Source: Octopus bimaculoides (taxonomy: Eukaryota). From it: a stretch of 64,000 nt of DNA. The stretch is taken from assembly GCF_001194135.2 (NCBI RefSeq), contig NC_068990.1:62847705-62911704 (forward strand), given 5' to 3'. Below, piece by piece: positions 11,554 through 26,487 of the stretch. The notes beneath the pieces were generated by a model, which worked only from the letters and a program-made list of their open reading frames with translations, was not told where the DNA came from and did not search any database. Positions within the stretch are counted from its first letter, which is position 1; every line of letters starts with the position of its first letter. The position numbers and the translations under genes were made by a program.

Positions 11554-14230
11554 ACAAAATACATTTGATTTCTGTTGACTTGGCTTAAAAATCGGAAGTT
11601 GAACTGGCTTAACTACATTCATGAATTGTCTAAAGAGGTTTACATCCTGTGTTACTACTGTAGGAGTGACATTTTGAGCAACTATCAACCTGTCTTTTAC
11701 ACAAATGTATTTCCTAACCCATACGCATCAATCGTACATATGTAAACCATTTAACTTCATTGGTCGAAGTAGCGTTCTACTGTTTGAAGCAAGCTATCAG
11801 GCACTGAGAGAAAATTATCATATATTTTCGAGATGATGATATAAACTCGTCACACAACATTAATTATGTGACAACATATAATAATGAGGTAATTCCTTAC
11901 AAAAAAGAAACTGGTTTTCTTATATTAGATGCAGTCAATAATTTTGTTGTTTAAAGACTTTGCTCTCGTGATCTTCAAATTTAAAGTTACTTCACATACT
12001 GAATACATAAAAAAAGTGGAAATTTATTTGTAACAGTGGGGCATTCAGTGTTTATTCACTCTTTATTGTTGATGCACACTTTATTGCAATATTTCTTCGG
12101 ATAAGAATGTATATTGTTTTCTCCGCAACATCACGGAACAGTAGCACGTCAAAAAAGTAAATCTTTACCACTCACATATGTGAATCCTGTTTAAATGGAG
12201 AATAATTACGAAGTAATGGTCCCAGTTTTTTGAGTGGTAAATTCCACCATCATTAAATAACGTATATTTACAACCTGGTTGACCGAGCAACTTGAATGTT
12301 GAAAACTTTCTGAAACACTGCGGTGCCTGTGACAAAATACAAACGTAATCAACCGTGTACTTTTAACTATCAATTTCTCCCGTTTCCTAATTCTCGTTTA
12401 TTGCTTATCTACAGTTATCCGACTGATTTATGCATTTACGTATATCTCTATATCTATTGAAAACATGACTAACTCTCATTTTCGTCTGAGATTACGAGAG
12501 TTACTTTACTGCAGAGTTTTCTTCATAGAAATGGGAAAGTAAATTATCTGAATTAATATGAAAATAAAGCAGGTTTGGTAAGCACAATATATATTCATTA
12601 CTAAGACATCCGTTGAAGACACACTCATGTGACAGCATGTCAGTTATGGCTGAACCTATTTTATATTTTTCCACGATTATCTCTGTAGACTAATAACATA
12701 TTTATTGCAAAGCATAATGTATTTTTCTTTATGATATTGAAATTTTATTTTATGTCCTTCAAAAGTTGGTATATATTTCAAAATCCTTTTTACATATGTA
12801 TATATATTTCGTATTTTCTATAAATATATTTTACGAACATTCCATTATATATCTTTAATTTGCTTTAAGAAAATAGATATCACATAAATATTAAAATATG
12901 ATATATCAAATTCCTTGCCATGCATATTTTAGAAGTAGACATTTCAAAACTTAGATATTCTTTCACTGTTAACTGCTAAAACAGACAGTTAAATATTCTC
13001 GAAATAGTGATGCTAAACTTTGTAACTCGTCACATTACAGCTTGTAGTGAAGCAAAATCATTATTTAAATGCATGTTACATTGGTTAGCATTTATATACG
13101 CTGATTCTCTAAAGTCCGCCATTTCCATTGCAATGTGCAGTTATTATAGGTTATAAAAATAATTTAATTTCCTTGATCTTGATGTAGTAAAACCCCCTTG
13201 GGAAAAACTTGTTTGCTCACAAGAAGTTTCTCGTTACTCAGTTAGAAAAATATTTGCATTTGAAAGATAGCTTTTCAAAGAAGGGTGTAAAAGATAACAT
13301 TTTAAAATTTACCATATAAACACGCACACTCATACACAGTTTGATCTGATATATTTCTATTTATTAAACTTAATGTATATGTAGTCTTTACTTAGTTTTG
13401 CACCTGTTTTAAATCTTTAAGTAACATAGACATTGAACTTGCGTAGATAAAATATATAAATAATGAATGCAAAATAAAAATGACAATATTTTATAAGTAT
13501 GTGTGTGGGTGTATGCGTGTGTATGTGTGTGTGTATGTGTATGTAGTGGAGATAGAGATAAGGAGAAAGAGAAAGAGAGAGATACAATATGTATACATTC
13601 GTACACTAAATGTGTGTATGTGAGTGAGAGAGAGGCGTGTGTGTGTGTGTGTGTGTGTTTACAATATTATGTAAAATTTAAATGATATAACGACATTCTA
13701 TATTGTACATGCCTTGCGGCTGTATGAACGTAGTTTTACATTTTGCGTCATCATTACCTGCTATAATACCATAATATTTATTTTTTCATGAAATCTGATA
13801 TATAAAGCAAGTACAGTTAGGTATCATTTCAAAGGACACGAAGCAAAGCGAGATACAAATCGAAGACGCGAAAGTTTCAGGCTTCTTCTTTTGAGATATT
13901 TTTCCACCACTCTTGCAAACTATAGATTCTGCTTCTGTCGGTGTATGGTTCTCGAATTATTACTCAGTGAATCTACGTGATTCAAGAAAAAAATAAGAGT
14001 TTTTGTAAGATTGTTATGTAGTTTGAAGTGCAGCAGATTAATTGCTGAAAGTCTATGTATGTTCCACCATTCGGTGGGAAACAAGGAAGCTTTTTTCGCA
14101 ATAAAGAATATTTTGAATGAGAACATATTGAGTGATTAAGGTGTATATTGTCAAAGCTTTAACAAAATAGAAAACAATCTACCTGAAACAGGAACCTAAA
14201 CCATATTACTGCAGATACATATTTCTTAAA

Positions 14231-14434
14231 AATTTTGGTACAAGGCCAGCAAGTTCGGTTTAAGTCGATTACATCGACTCCAGTACTCAAATGGTACTTA
14301 CTTTATCGACCCTGAATGGATGAAAGGCAAAGTCGACCTCAGTGGGATTTGAACTCGGAACGTAAAGATGGACGAAATGCCTGCCACTAAGCATTTTTCC
14401 CTGCATGCAAACGTTTCTGGCAGCTCGCCGCCTT
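14231..14434 (-). mobile_element. SINE family 1 copy (near full length)
   Basis: Ends ggcagctcgccgcctt (reverse complement of head aaggcggcgagctgcc); body and tail present. Confidence 0.85.
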
Positions 14435-15215
14435 ACTGCAAATATAAATTTTCATATTGTCCACCATATATAATATCAGGATAATGCAAACTGTTCTATG
14501 TCACATAAGTGATGCCACACCAGCATTTATTAAACCATGTCACTTTTTGATAATGGTCGATATAAATATTAAAAAAAGGGTTGAATGTTCAAATAAAATG
14601 TAACTAGTGAATTTCAAGATAAACGCTTCTTCTCTAACAGTAATTAAGTATCATGTGAAGCCTACATAAAAGTGTCGATCGAAGATGTGAGAAATTAATT
14701 AATTTCAATCAACATGACTTGCAGCTTCAGCTCACCAAAGGCATCTTCTTTATACTGCTCGATCTCTCTGCTTAAAGTAACACAATTTGCTGAAGGACGT
14801 GAGAAAATATTGAGTTTTCAAGCTACACACACAAACGCACACACACACCAACATGCACACGCATAAGCACACACACATACACACACACATACACTCACAT
14901 AAAGAAAGGCATAAGTAATAAGCTTTACGTTTTTATTTATTTCTGCATTGTGGACTTAGAGTTGTTTCCAATATGCTTTTTAGGTGCGTTCAGGGTTTCC
15001 CTTATTCAATCAGTGCATACACATTTGTGATGCTAGGGTATCACTTTGAAAGGTTTATTCGAAAAACATCAGCCACTGTAATATTTTTAAGTCTAGTAGT
15101 TATTGTATCAATAAATTTTGCCACTCCGCTACGTTATGGTGACGTAATTAAACCATCATCGATTACCAAACTGTGGGTAGGAACTAACACAAATACACAC
15201 ACAAAGACTTACAGC

Positions 15216-15258
<43 letters not shown>

Positions 15259-15805
15259 NNNNNNNNNNNNNNNNNNNNNNNNNNNNNNNNNNNNNNNNNN
15301 NNNNNNNNNNNNNNNNNNNNNNNNNNNNNNNNNNNNNNNNNNNNNNNNNNNNNNNNNNNNNNNNNNNNNNNNNNNNNNNNNNNNNNNNNNNNNNNNNNNN
15401 NNNNNNNNNNNNNNNNNNNNNNNNNNNNNNNNNNNNNNNNNNNNNNNNNNNNNNNNNNNNNNNNNNNNNNNNNNNNNNNNNNNNNNNNNNNNNNNNNNNN
15501 NNNNNNNNNNNNNNNNNNNNNNNNNNNNNNNNNNNNNNNNNNNNNNNNNNNNNNNNNNNNNNNNNNNNNNNNNNNNNNNNNNNNNNNNNNNNNNNNNNNN
15601 NNNNNNNNNNNNNNNNNNNNNNNNNNNNNNNNNNNNNNNNNNNNNNNNNNNNNNNNNNNNNNNNNNNNNNNNNNNNNNNNNNNNNNNNNNNNGTGTGTGT
15701 GTATGTATGTATATGTATACACATAAATATTCATAAGCATATATACATGCATACATATATATATACATTTATACACACACACATATATATACATATGATA
15801 TATGC

Positions 15806-15850
<45 letters not shown>

Positions 15851-17476
15851 CATATACATGTTTGTATGTATGATTTCATATATTTATATTTATTCTTACA
15901 TATTTTTTAAATATTATATGTGTTTGTATGTATGTGCTTATCTCAACACATTCATTTCTGCGTATATATGTTTGTTTGCGACTAATTATAAAATTAGAGT
16001 TATTGAGAGCACAGTAATGTATATTTTGCAGTTACCTGAACCTACTGAGCATTGTATGACCTAATGGCAATGGAATATTTGAAGCTCTGTAGAGTCATAC
16101 GTAACTCAATGGTTTTTAATAGTAATATATGGCTTTGGGATATTTGAAGAACTTGAAAACTTCATATTACCTAACACCGCAGAGATTTCTAAATTGTTAT
16201 AATGGCATAGCGCCGGTAAAAGAGAGCTTTAAACTGTCTACTGAAGCAAGCAACATCTTCATATTAGAATTTGGCACTATACAATTATAGACTGCATAGG
16301 TTATGTTGAAATGTTATTCTGCAGTGTTGAACTTATTTATAATTCAACCCTACATAAAAATTTCTAATTTGTATCCAGTGAAGCATTCTAATACCTTGAA
16401 CCAACCATACGTTCAGCTTATTAAAAAATGTCCGGAAGATGTCGGTTTTATTTCCCAGTCGTTTTCCATGAATAACCCATACTCATACGAAGCAAATTAC
16501 ACAAATCAACATAGAATCCCATACTGGTCAGTATGTGAAGGGAACCGCTGAACAGTGGTCTCAAAAGACCAACCAATGAATGCACCAATTTGGAGTTCTA
16601 ACTGACTGAAGCAATAATTGGAAATAAAATCAATACGGTTTGTGGAAAAAATATTTGATGAGGATTTAATATTATGAAGCTGGGTCGATTCTAGTTTTCG
16701 ATTTATTTTTTATTTTCTATTTGACTTTCTCTTTAGTTGTTATTTGTCACACGATTGGATTTTCCCACTTTTCTATATATAGATTTCAAATGTTTTTATT
16801 CACCGAACTTAGGTGTGTTAAATTTATTGAGGCGATGAAGTTCTGAATTCTTGTTGTTCAGTAGAGTTTGTCAGTTGCACAATCAAATCAGCAATCAAAG
16901 ACACGATCTATTGCATTGATCTGGCTCACATTGATTTAAGAAAGAAAACACCACCAACAACAACAATAACAAGAATCAATAGATGACACAGATTGAGACA
17001 CGCTCGTTTTCCATAACCACAATCATTTCAATAGGTCTGTGTTGCTTCTTTAGAAATACGCCGTTTCCGACAAACAAATCATGAATGAAATGAAGAATTT
17101 TCTCTTTAATTCCCATTCTAATGACAGATGAGTGCAGGAATGTTTATAATTGTAGGATTAATACCGACAGTCTGATGTCGGGCATATATTAGAAATACCA
17201 CGCAACCACTGGTTTAACAGAGACGAACGTTCTTTAACGTTCTAATTGGTAGGGTTTATATATTTACGATTGTGTATGTATGTGTATATGCTGTTTTATG
17301 CACGTGTGTGTACAGATAAAAATATTCGTTTTAATCTAATATATAAACGTGTATGCATAAAAAATTACACACATAAATGCTTTGCACACACTCATACACT
17401 CTTTGTCTTTCTTCTCTGAGTGTGTGAGTATGTTTAAACAGATACTAAACATATTGGCGGTGCATGCATGCACATA

Positions 17477-17661
17477 AATATATAATTGAGTATGTCAATA
17501 TGTAATATGTAAGTAAATGCTTAAATAATTAAATCTGAATTACAGATTATTTGTTTCTGAAAAAGAAATACTGAATTTCAGAAACAAATAGTCTGAAATT
17601 CCGATTTAAATATTTAAACATTTACTTACATGTTACATATTGACATACACAATTATATATT
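17477..17661. repeat. Long hairpin: 86-bp arms, 13-nt loop, 79/86 identical
   Basis: 17477-17562 vs reverse complement of 17576-17661 aligns without gaps, 7 mismatches by manual count. Confidence 0.9.
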
Positions 17662-20600
17662 CACTGATATTTACTCTTACGTAGACAAAAGTTTTACGGT
17701 TAGAGATATTTCGAGATCGTATCTAGTGAAAGATATTCTGCCAGTAAAAGGAAGTTGTAGTTTACTCTCAATCCTCATAATTTAAAACTTTCAGACATCA
17801 ATATAATTATGAAAGCCATTCCTATTCATGTTTAGGGCAGTGTATTCCATCTCATATACACTCTAGAATTTTATTATTTTACCAATAACCATACCTCCTA
17901 ATACAGGTGCCGGGTATGGCCAATATAAACAATTCTTCTACAATTAAGAACTGGAATTGAAATTATTACCACGACTTGAAATTTCATTTACTTTTCGTTT
18001 GATTTTTTAAATATGAACAATAAATCGAAGGACAAATTATGATTATTACCAATATTATAATTAGAGCAGAGCACATTAAGTAGCATCTTAATGATATTCC
18101 TTTATTTTCGTTGTTAATTTTTCCCCAGCACTTGCATTTTTGTTAAAAATCGTATGTAAGCTTCTTTTATTATGCGTTTGTCTTTTACTTCCTAATTAAG
18201 TAGTTGAATTTCTCTCAAGAATTTTAGAGAATATATTCTTTCAAATTCAAGAAAGGCGGTCAGTAGCCATAAGAATTTACTCTAGTACACTCTCCCCCTC
18301 ATAAATCCACCCTGATTGAAGAATCTACTACGACTAACAGGAAAAGGTATCCAAACACTACATTGAAAAATCCTTGAAAAAATTCAGAATATGTAACATG
18401 CCAATAAAAAAGACACATATGACAGAAAACAACTTATTAAAAGGAATAAAAAGGAGGAGCTCACTTAAGTTTAAGGAACATCTGAATGGATCGAGTTTTT
18501 CTCCTTTCAGTTAGCGATAATGAATTCTTTTTAATTGTAAAATGAATAAAACTTAGCAAATATTGCTTTCAAGACAAGGATTTCTGTCATGACCCAAAAT
18601 GTTGGACCACTCTTTCTCTGCACGCAGAAGGAACTTTTAAAGACCGTATGTTCTTTATTTTAAACTATAACCAATATACCACCACCATTTAGTTAGTCAG
18701 CCATTCTATCAAATTTTTGGAAAGTTTTATCAAAGACCAAAGAAATTCAAGATTTGTTCTTGACTAAGCGAGAGCTGAATTTAATAACTTATGAAACTTT
18801 ATTCTAATCATGGTAAGCCACGAAATATGTCATAAATTAGGAGGCGTATTATTGACTGTTAACAATATAATTAATTAAACAAATTATATTTTAAAAATAT
18901 TACTGTAACTAATATAATTAAATCTATATTTATATAACAGAATTAAACACATGCTAAAAAAGCACGCGAAAATGTTTAAAAAGTATACTAACAATGAAAT
19001 TAAATTAATAAAAGAGAACCATATGTCTTGTTTATAAAGACTGATTTTGAAAAGGAAATTAGTTCCCTTTTCTTCAAGGGTTAAGAGAAAATAATTTTAG
19101 TCTGATGAGTTATAACACTGTAAAGAGATACACTAAGTTGACCAAACACACCATCAACATCTGTCTTCGTACTTACTGATGATATCTAAAACTAATCCTT
19201 CTGAAAAGGTACTTATCTCTACTAAACGAAATAGCGTTGTAGAGAGTCGACTTATAAATTTTATGATCTTTCATCTCAACCAAGTGAAATATTTGCCAGC
19301 TCTATGATAACTAATTCATGGTAAACGATGTGTTTAATACTCGAATGTATTGCTTTGCTTTCGGGTCCCAACTCCTGATAAAATCTTCAGGAGGAAATTA
19401 GCTGTGGTCAACTGATTTTTTTTCAGAAGAGAGTCTAACAACTAGATAGAAAGAGTGAGAGGAAGAGAAATGTGTTGACCTAGATGAGAATTGAATATAA
19501 CAGATTACTAATGTAACAGAACAAAGGAGTGAGCTGAGAACGGAAATAATTACCACAAAGCAATCTATTTAATGCAATCTATCCAACGCTTTAAGCTCTT
19601 CACGCATGTTCCTTTACGTCGAATATGAGATCGTGAGCCTACTGACTCCATGCTACTGAAAGCATTTTATGCATATCCCCAAATCGTTGTAACGGTTTTA
19701 AATATTGTAGATCATTGTAAGGCTATTGTGGAACTTGAAGAAATTCGGTTTGAGATATTTCAAGATGATGTGAGAGATTTTTCTATTGAGCATTTGTGAG
19801 CAACCAGCCAGATTTCGCATTTAGTAGCAACATTTACAGACTAACTACCAGAGGAGGAAATATAGTAATTCTTACATCCGCACACAACTGTAACAGTGCA
19901 TGCTACTTTCTTGCCAAAAACGTCTTCAGAATGTCTATAATTCCTCAGATATTCCATTACATAAATTTTTGTCTTTTAGTCAGAAATACATTCAGCTTTC
20001 TCTATCCAATATTCAGCTTTTCTCTTCCATGAAAATTTAACTTAGCTCAGCTGAGCTAAATAATGAATAAATAAATAAATAGATAATAAAAGATCTCGTT
20101 CTTTGAAATCAAACTGAAATTAGTCAGTAGTCCCTAAGATTTCCTGACATTTTTGTTCTTCCGTAACCAAAATAAACTTAACAACGCTGCTATGGATGAA
20201 ACCTTGTATAATACAAATATTTATATAATATTCCAACTAAGAAAGTGTTCTTATATTTTCTAGAGTGATTTGGAAAGTTATTTCATTTGATTAGTCACAG
20301 ATATCTGTTTTAAAATACTGTAATATAGCAGAACAAAGAAGAGTTCGTTATTTTAGGAATTTCAGTGCAAAACGGAAATACTTTTGTCTTTTACTTGGAA
20401 TCGAATCAGGATTACACCTCCCCACGGAAGTAACGAAACATAGTCGACTGATTATTTAGATATTCAGAGGATAATAACATAGCATTGCCTAACTAATCCA
20501 GATGGTGATTTGAGAGAAATATTATAAATATATTGATTTTAATTATAGAAGCAACCTTAAGCGATCTTAACTAGGTGGTTTTATCAGTGCCTGTAATTAT

Positions 20601-21252
20601 TCTGTCGTCTGTTGACAATAACTATCGACTGTCCTAATTAGGGTGATATCAGTGATACTTCATTGTGATGGAACGAATTGGTGTACACCTTTTTCTACTC
20701 AGAATGAAAGAAAGAAATGAGAGAGAGATATAGAGAAAGACAACAGATGTATTCTGTTTATTGTTTCTCTTATTTTCTTCCACAGTATCTTATACACAGT
20801 CTATTACACACGATTTCTCTTTAATATCTGGAAAGTTGTTCTGAAAAATATTAAAACATATGTGTCGATGGATCTATCAAATTCCAAATCAAAATGTTCT
20901 CAGTCATAGCATTTGATATATGGCATTAAGGTAACGTATCGTGTATGAGAAGTGAAAATCTATCCACGAGAATAATTAAAAACAATTCTAGAAGATATCG
21001 TTTGTCTTTAAAGATATGGGAAGTATTATATCGTATTTAACTTACTGTTATAATGGCCCCTTTTCTATGATTTAGCACAAATTTTAAAAATATAACTTTG
21101 GTTGTTGAACAAGTTTGTCTTTTCAATCTAACTGGCAGCCTCTACGTGGTCACTCACCTTTCTAGAAATAACTGCCAAATTTTCTTCAAATTCCACTGTG
21201 CTATCTTAGAAAAAAGACATATAAGATATACTGGCATTCCAACAGTTTGCTC

Positions 21253-21501
21253 TTGAAATTAACGTGCAAGTGGCTGAGCACTCCACAGACACGCGTACCT
21301 TAACGTAGTTCTCGGGGAAATTCAACATGACACAGAATGTGACAAAGCTGGTCCTTTGAAATACCAGTACTACTCATTTTTGCCAGCTGAGTAAACTGGA
21401 GCAGTTTGTAATGAAGTGACTTGCGCAAAAATACAACGCGTCGCCGGGAATTGAACGCACAAACATATGATCCGAATACCCTAACCACTAAGCTACGCGC
21501 C
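21253..21501 (-). mobile_element. SINE family 3 copy (tRNA-like head)
   Basis: Reverse complement starts ggcgcgtagcttagtggttagggtattcgg...gttcaattcccggcgacgcg (A/B boxes); body cttaacgtagttctcgggga...gtgacaaagctgg shared with 35395-35680. Confidence 0.8.
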
Positions 21502-23484
21502 TTCACGCGTCTAGAGAAAGAGAAAAGCGTGATGAACACACCCAGCATGCCTTTTTTCATACGTCTGTTCGATCAAGGTTATGTAGATAAGCAATAAGAG
21601 GAGCAAAGAAGGGTAAAAAAGAAGAAATAATGTTTCACTAATAATCTTTCTTAAAAATAAAATAAATCTTCAGGACTAAACAAAGGTAGGATTGCTGAGG
21701 AAAACAGGAGTAAGAAACATTTAGAACTCCGAGTAATTTAATTCCGAGTTTACATTTATAAGCTCGATGAAAATCTGTGTACTTTTCACATGCTATCGCC
21801 CTGTTGTCAATAACAGACTCGATAGATAAGTTGCCTCATTAGCTAAACTAAATCAGAACATTGTGGAGTCAGTTTGACGAGTGACGGAACAAACCTAATA
21901 GTGTATAACAACTACCTTTAGATTTCCTACTTCTGCATTAGTGTGTGTGCAGAGAGGGAAGAGTGGTGGACAGAGAGATTGCTATAAATGATTTTAGATA
22001 ATTACAGTTAACGTGAAGGTCTCTTCAGATGACGGGTCCGCCATTTCTTGCTGAACAACTTGCATAGATAATTTGCTTATAGTGATCAAATATTTGTGCT
22101 ATACATTAGTTCATTCTCTCCATCAAATCACCATTGACTGTACTGGTGTACAGAATGTCTCACGTTAGATGTGGAAGTCATCTCAGAGCAACGCCAAATG
22201 AAATGTTTCGCTCAAGAACACAAGGCTCAAGAACTCGACGCATCGCCTGGTCCAGGAATCGGAACCTTGATCAGGCATTCAAGAGTACACAGCCTTGACA
22301 AAAAGGTTATGTGCCTTCGAAATTACATTTAATAAAAATAAATAGATCAAACATCTCTTACTGGAATGTAAAGGAAGACATGACTGTGCTATTTCCGTGC
22401 TTCTCACGAGGTTATTAACAGTGAAAATAAATCGAATGAGATTCCACCGGGGCTCAAAACAGTTTTTCTTTTTTTTTTTTGCATCCTGCATATGTGAACT
22501 ATAACGTCATACGTTACTGATTTCTAAGGAGTCAATAACTGTTCTATAAATTTCTCCGATAGCAACAGAGAAAGCTGTTTGTATGTTTAACTTTTGTGGA
22601 ATAAATACAAGATATTTTTATACGTTGCACAGATGTTGTCGCAGATACGCTTCACTAGCGCCATCTTGAATTTGTCTCAGATCTCCCACTCTTCTCATAT
22701 CTGAAATATATATATATACATATATNNNNNNNNNNNNNNNNNNNNNNNNNNNNNNNNNNNNNNNNNNNNNNNNNNNNNNNNNNNNNNNNNNNNNNNNNNN
22801 NNNNNNNNNNNNNNNNNNNNNNNNNNNNNNNNNNNNNNNNNNNNNNNNNNNNNNNNNNNNNNNNNNNNNNNNNNNNNNNNNNNNNNNNNNNNNNNNNNNN
22901 NNNNNNNNNNNNNNNNNNNNNNNNNNNNNNNNNNNNNNNNNNNNNNNNNNNNNNNNNNNNNNNNNNNNNNNNNNNNNNNNNNNNNNNNNNNNNNNNNNNN
23001 NNNNNNNNNNNNNNNNNNNNNNNNNNNNNNNNNNNNNNNNNNNNNNNNNNNNNNNNNNNNNNNNNNNNNNNNNNNNNNNNNNNNNNNNNNNNNNNNNNNN
23101 NNNNNNNNNNNNNNNNNNNNNNNNNNNNNNNNNNNNNNNNNNNNNNNNNNNNNNNNNNNNNNNNNNNNNNNNNNNNNNNNNNNNNNNNNNNNNNNNNNNN
23201 NNNNNNNNNNNNNNNNNNNNNNNNNNNNNNNNNNNNNNNNNNNNNNNNNNNNNNNNNNNNNNNNNNNNNNNNNNNNNNNNNNNNNNNNNNNNNNNNNNNN
23301 NNNNNNNNNNNNNNNNNNNNNNNNNNNNNNNNNNNNNNNNNNNNNNNNNNNNNNNNNNNNNNNNNNNNNNNNNNNNNNNNNNNNNNNNNNNNNNNNNNNN
23401 NNNNNNNNNNNNNNNNTACTATTTTCTTTCAGACTTTCTAGAAAATTCTCAGAAAATTTTACCACCATATTTGTACCATCTATA

Positions 23485-24563
23485 GATCACATTAATGTTT
23501 TACTCTACGAGTTTCATAAAGGTTTTAATGCAATTGCTGAAGCAAGATCTATTCAGAGCACTTATGGGGATGATATATTGAATGAAAGAAGTTGCAGGAG
23601 GTGGTTTTTCCCATTTCCGAAGTGGTGATTTCACTTTGAAAGAAGAGCCAAAAGAAGGGTCGTCCAAAAAATCTTGATTCTGAAATGCTGGAAGCTCTTG
23701 CTTCAGAGAATCTCACCGTTACCACTAGGAAACTTGCAGAGCAGTTAAACGTGGCCCATACAGCCGTGGTACGCCAGCTAAAACACATTGAAAGGTTTCA
23801 GTGGGTGGAAAATGGGACCCTCGCAGGCTATCTCCAGAGAATTGACAACAGCGTGCTGCTTGTTGTCAATCATTGCTTTTGCGACACTTTCAAGCAACAT
23901 TTTTAGAAAGGCTTGTTACAGGTGATGAGAAGTGCGGTCTTTACCATAATGCTAAACGCCGCCGTTCTTGGATCAGTCGAGGAGGACGGCCAGTTCAACA
24001 ACCGAGAGCAGGACTTCATGCAAAGAAGATCATGTTGAGTGTATGTTGGGATATTAAAGGAGTAATCCATTATGAACTGTTGAACAACAACCAAACAATT
24101 AATGCTAACCTTTATTGTGAGCCAGTTCGTCGTTTGAAAACAGTTCTGAGCCAAAAGCGAACATCTTTGGTTAACAAATCTTCCGTCACGATAATGCTCG
24201 TCCTCACACAGCTCAACTGGCCAAAACTCTTTTGGAAAAACTTGGTTGGGAAATACTGCCTCATCTTCCATATTCTCCTGACCTTGCTCCTTCTGATCAC
24301 CATTTGTTCCAAGAGCTACAGAACCGTTTTGATGGACTTAGATTAACAACAAGAGAAGAGATTGAAAATGAATTGGATTGATATTTTGGTTCTAAACCTA
24401 CAGAATTTTACAAGTGTGGCATTTATAAGGTTGTTGAAAGATGGAATGAGGTCATTGAAAGCAATGGAGAGTATGTTAATAAATAAATACTTCCATAGTC
24501 ATTGGCTTATTCATTTTTACCTTAGATCTTTAAATCGGACATTACGTTTGCCCCAACCTGATA
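23485..24563 (+). mobile_element. Near-complete DD34D mariner transposase pseudogene with 3' TIR
   Basis: LLYEFHKG...RSCRRWFSHFRSGDFTLKEEP..GRP, LVTGDEK, HDNARPH-(34 aa)-YSPDLAPSDHHLF, RWNEVIESNGEYV* (stop 24484-24486); several frameshifts; 3' TIR reverse complement tatcaggttggggcaaacgtaatg ends in a (TA)n tract; 5' TIR lost in the gap. Confidence 0.92.
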
Positions 24564-25322
24564 TATATATATATATATANNNNNNNNNNNNNNNNNNNNN
24601 NNNNNNNNNNNNNNNNNNNNNNNNNNNNNNNNNNNNNNNNNNNNNNNNNNNNNNNNNNNNNNNNNNNNNNNNNNNNNNNNNNNNNNNNNNNNNNNNNNNN
24701 NNNNNNNNNNNNNNNNNNNNNNNNNNNNNNNNNNNNNNNNNNNNNNNNNNNNNNNNNNNNNNNNNNNNNNNNNNNNNNNNNNNNNNNNNNNNNNNNNNNN
24801 NNNNNNNNNNNNNNNNNNNNNNNNNNNNNNNNNNNNNNNNNNNNNNNNNNNNNNNNNNNNNNNNNNNNNNNNNNNNNNNNNNNNNNNNNNNNNNNNNNNN
24901 NNNNNNNNNNNNNNNNNNNNNNNNNNNNNNNNNNNNNNNNNNNNNNNNNNNNNNNNNNNNNNNNNNNNNNNNNNNNNNNNNNNNNNNNNNNNNNNNNNNN
25001 NNNNNNNNNNNNNNNNNNNNNNNNNNNNNNNNNNNNNNNNNNNNNNNNNNNNNNNNNNNNNNNNNNNNNNNNNNNNNNNNNNNNNNNNNNNNNNNNNNNN
25101 NNNNNNNNNNNNNNNNNNNNNNNNNNNNNNNNNNNNNNNNNNNNNNNNNNNNNNNNNNNNNNNNNNNNNNNNNNNNNNNNNNNNNNNNNNNNNNNNNNNN
25201 NNNNNNNNNNNNNNNNNNNNNNNNNNNNNNNNNNNNNNNNNNNNNNNNNNNNNNNNNNNNNNNNNNNNNNNNNNNNNNNNNNNNNNNNNNNNNNNNNNNN
25301 NNNNNNNNNNNNNNNNATATAC

Positions 25323-25369
<47 letters not shown>

Positions 25370-25967
25370 ATGAGCCCTAGTCAGCTTCTACCTGCCATTT
25401 TCATTCACTAAACATTGGTCTAAAATGTTGCACAGTGGCATCGAACTTCGAACTACGTGTTCTCTTAAACCATAGAAGTGAACTCCTAAACTATACAACC
25501 GTGCTTATGCTTTTAAGGTTTCTTTCTCGGGAACGATATCCACTATAATTAACTAAATATACAACTTCCGGTAAAAACATAATTAATCTATAATTTAACT
25601 TCCGGTATTCGTGAGTAGTATTTCGTTAGTTTAAATATATGTGCGCGCTAATTGGCTTTGATTCACGGTTCATGATCTTTTGTTTTATGTATGACTGCTT
25701 ATGGGAATCATATGAATTTTACAGTTCATATCTCCTTCCTCCATAGATTACAGCAAAATTGTGTAAATTTCTTTGTTTGTCTTTTTTTTTGGTGGGGAGT
25801 ACTGTAATAAAGACAACGGCTTCCTATCGAACATCAGTTCGACCCGAGCATAGACATTACAGGTTCAATCCATTACAATTCCTTATTTCTCTAAATTTGA
25901 AGTATTCAGATTAAAAGGGGAAGTTGCGTGTTTAAGGTATTTTCAAATCACTAATACATTTAATACT

Positions 25968-26145
25968 GGTTTCAAACTTTGGTACAAGGGCAGTAAATTC
26001 GGTGGGAGGAGTAAGTCGATTACATTGACCCCAGTACTCAACTGGTACTTATTTTACCGACCCCAAAAAAGATGATAGGCACAGTCGACCTCGGTGGAAT
26101 TTCAACGCAGAACGTAAAAACTGACGACACACCGCTAAGACATCT
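25968..26145 (-). mobile_element. SINE family 1 copy
   Basis: Reverse complement of the SINE1 body and tail. Confidence 0.8.
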
Positions 26146-26451
26146 GTATGAGCGGCCTAATCAAGTGCGAAAATAGGAAAATAGGAATATATCTATAATA
26201 TATAACAGGATACAAATGCACCTGTTCTATGTAAATGGCAAAGAAAAAAGAAAGCAGTGCGAAAAAGCAGCATCTCACTGATTTGTGGTTTCTGCGGAAC
26301 GGAAACTGGCATCAATATAGGAAAGATTAGTTGTTAGTGTCGTTGGTAAACTTGAAGTTTGAAAACTTTAATATTACAGACGTTCTGTAATATTCGTCAA
26401 AGGCCATTGAATCTGTCTAACTATCTATCTATCTATCTATCTATCTATACA

Positions 26452-26487
<36 letters not shown>

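Noticed and set aside
18640-19800. Faint LINE-like readings on the minus strand (LNGGGILVIV near 18700; ISHIILKYL...NAFSS near 19640-19780)
   Set aside because: Too short and degraded to call without a profile search.
20744-20936. Strong acceptor (ttttcttccacag) and a downstream donor
   Set aside because: All three frames contain stops; no supporting neighbouring exons.
21440-21501. tRNA-like sequences at SINE heads
   Set aside because: A/B boxes are present, but they continue into SINE bodies and lack a complete cloverleaf.
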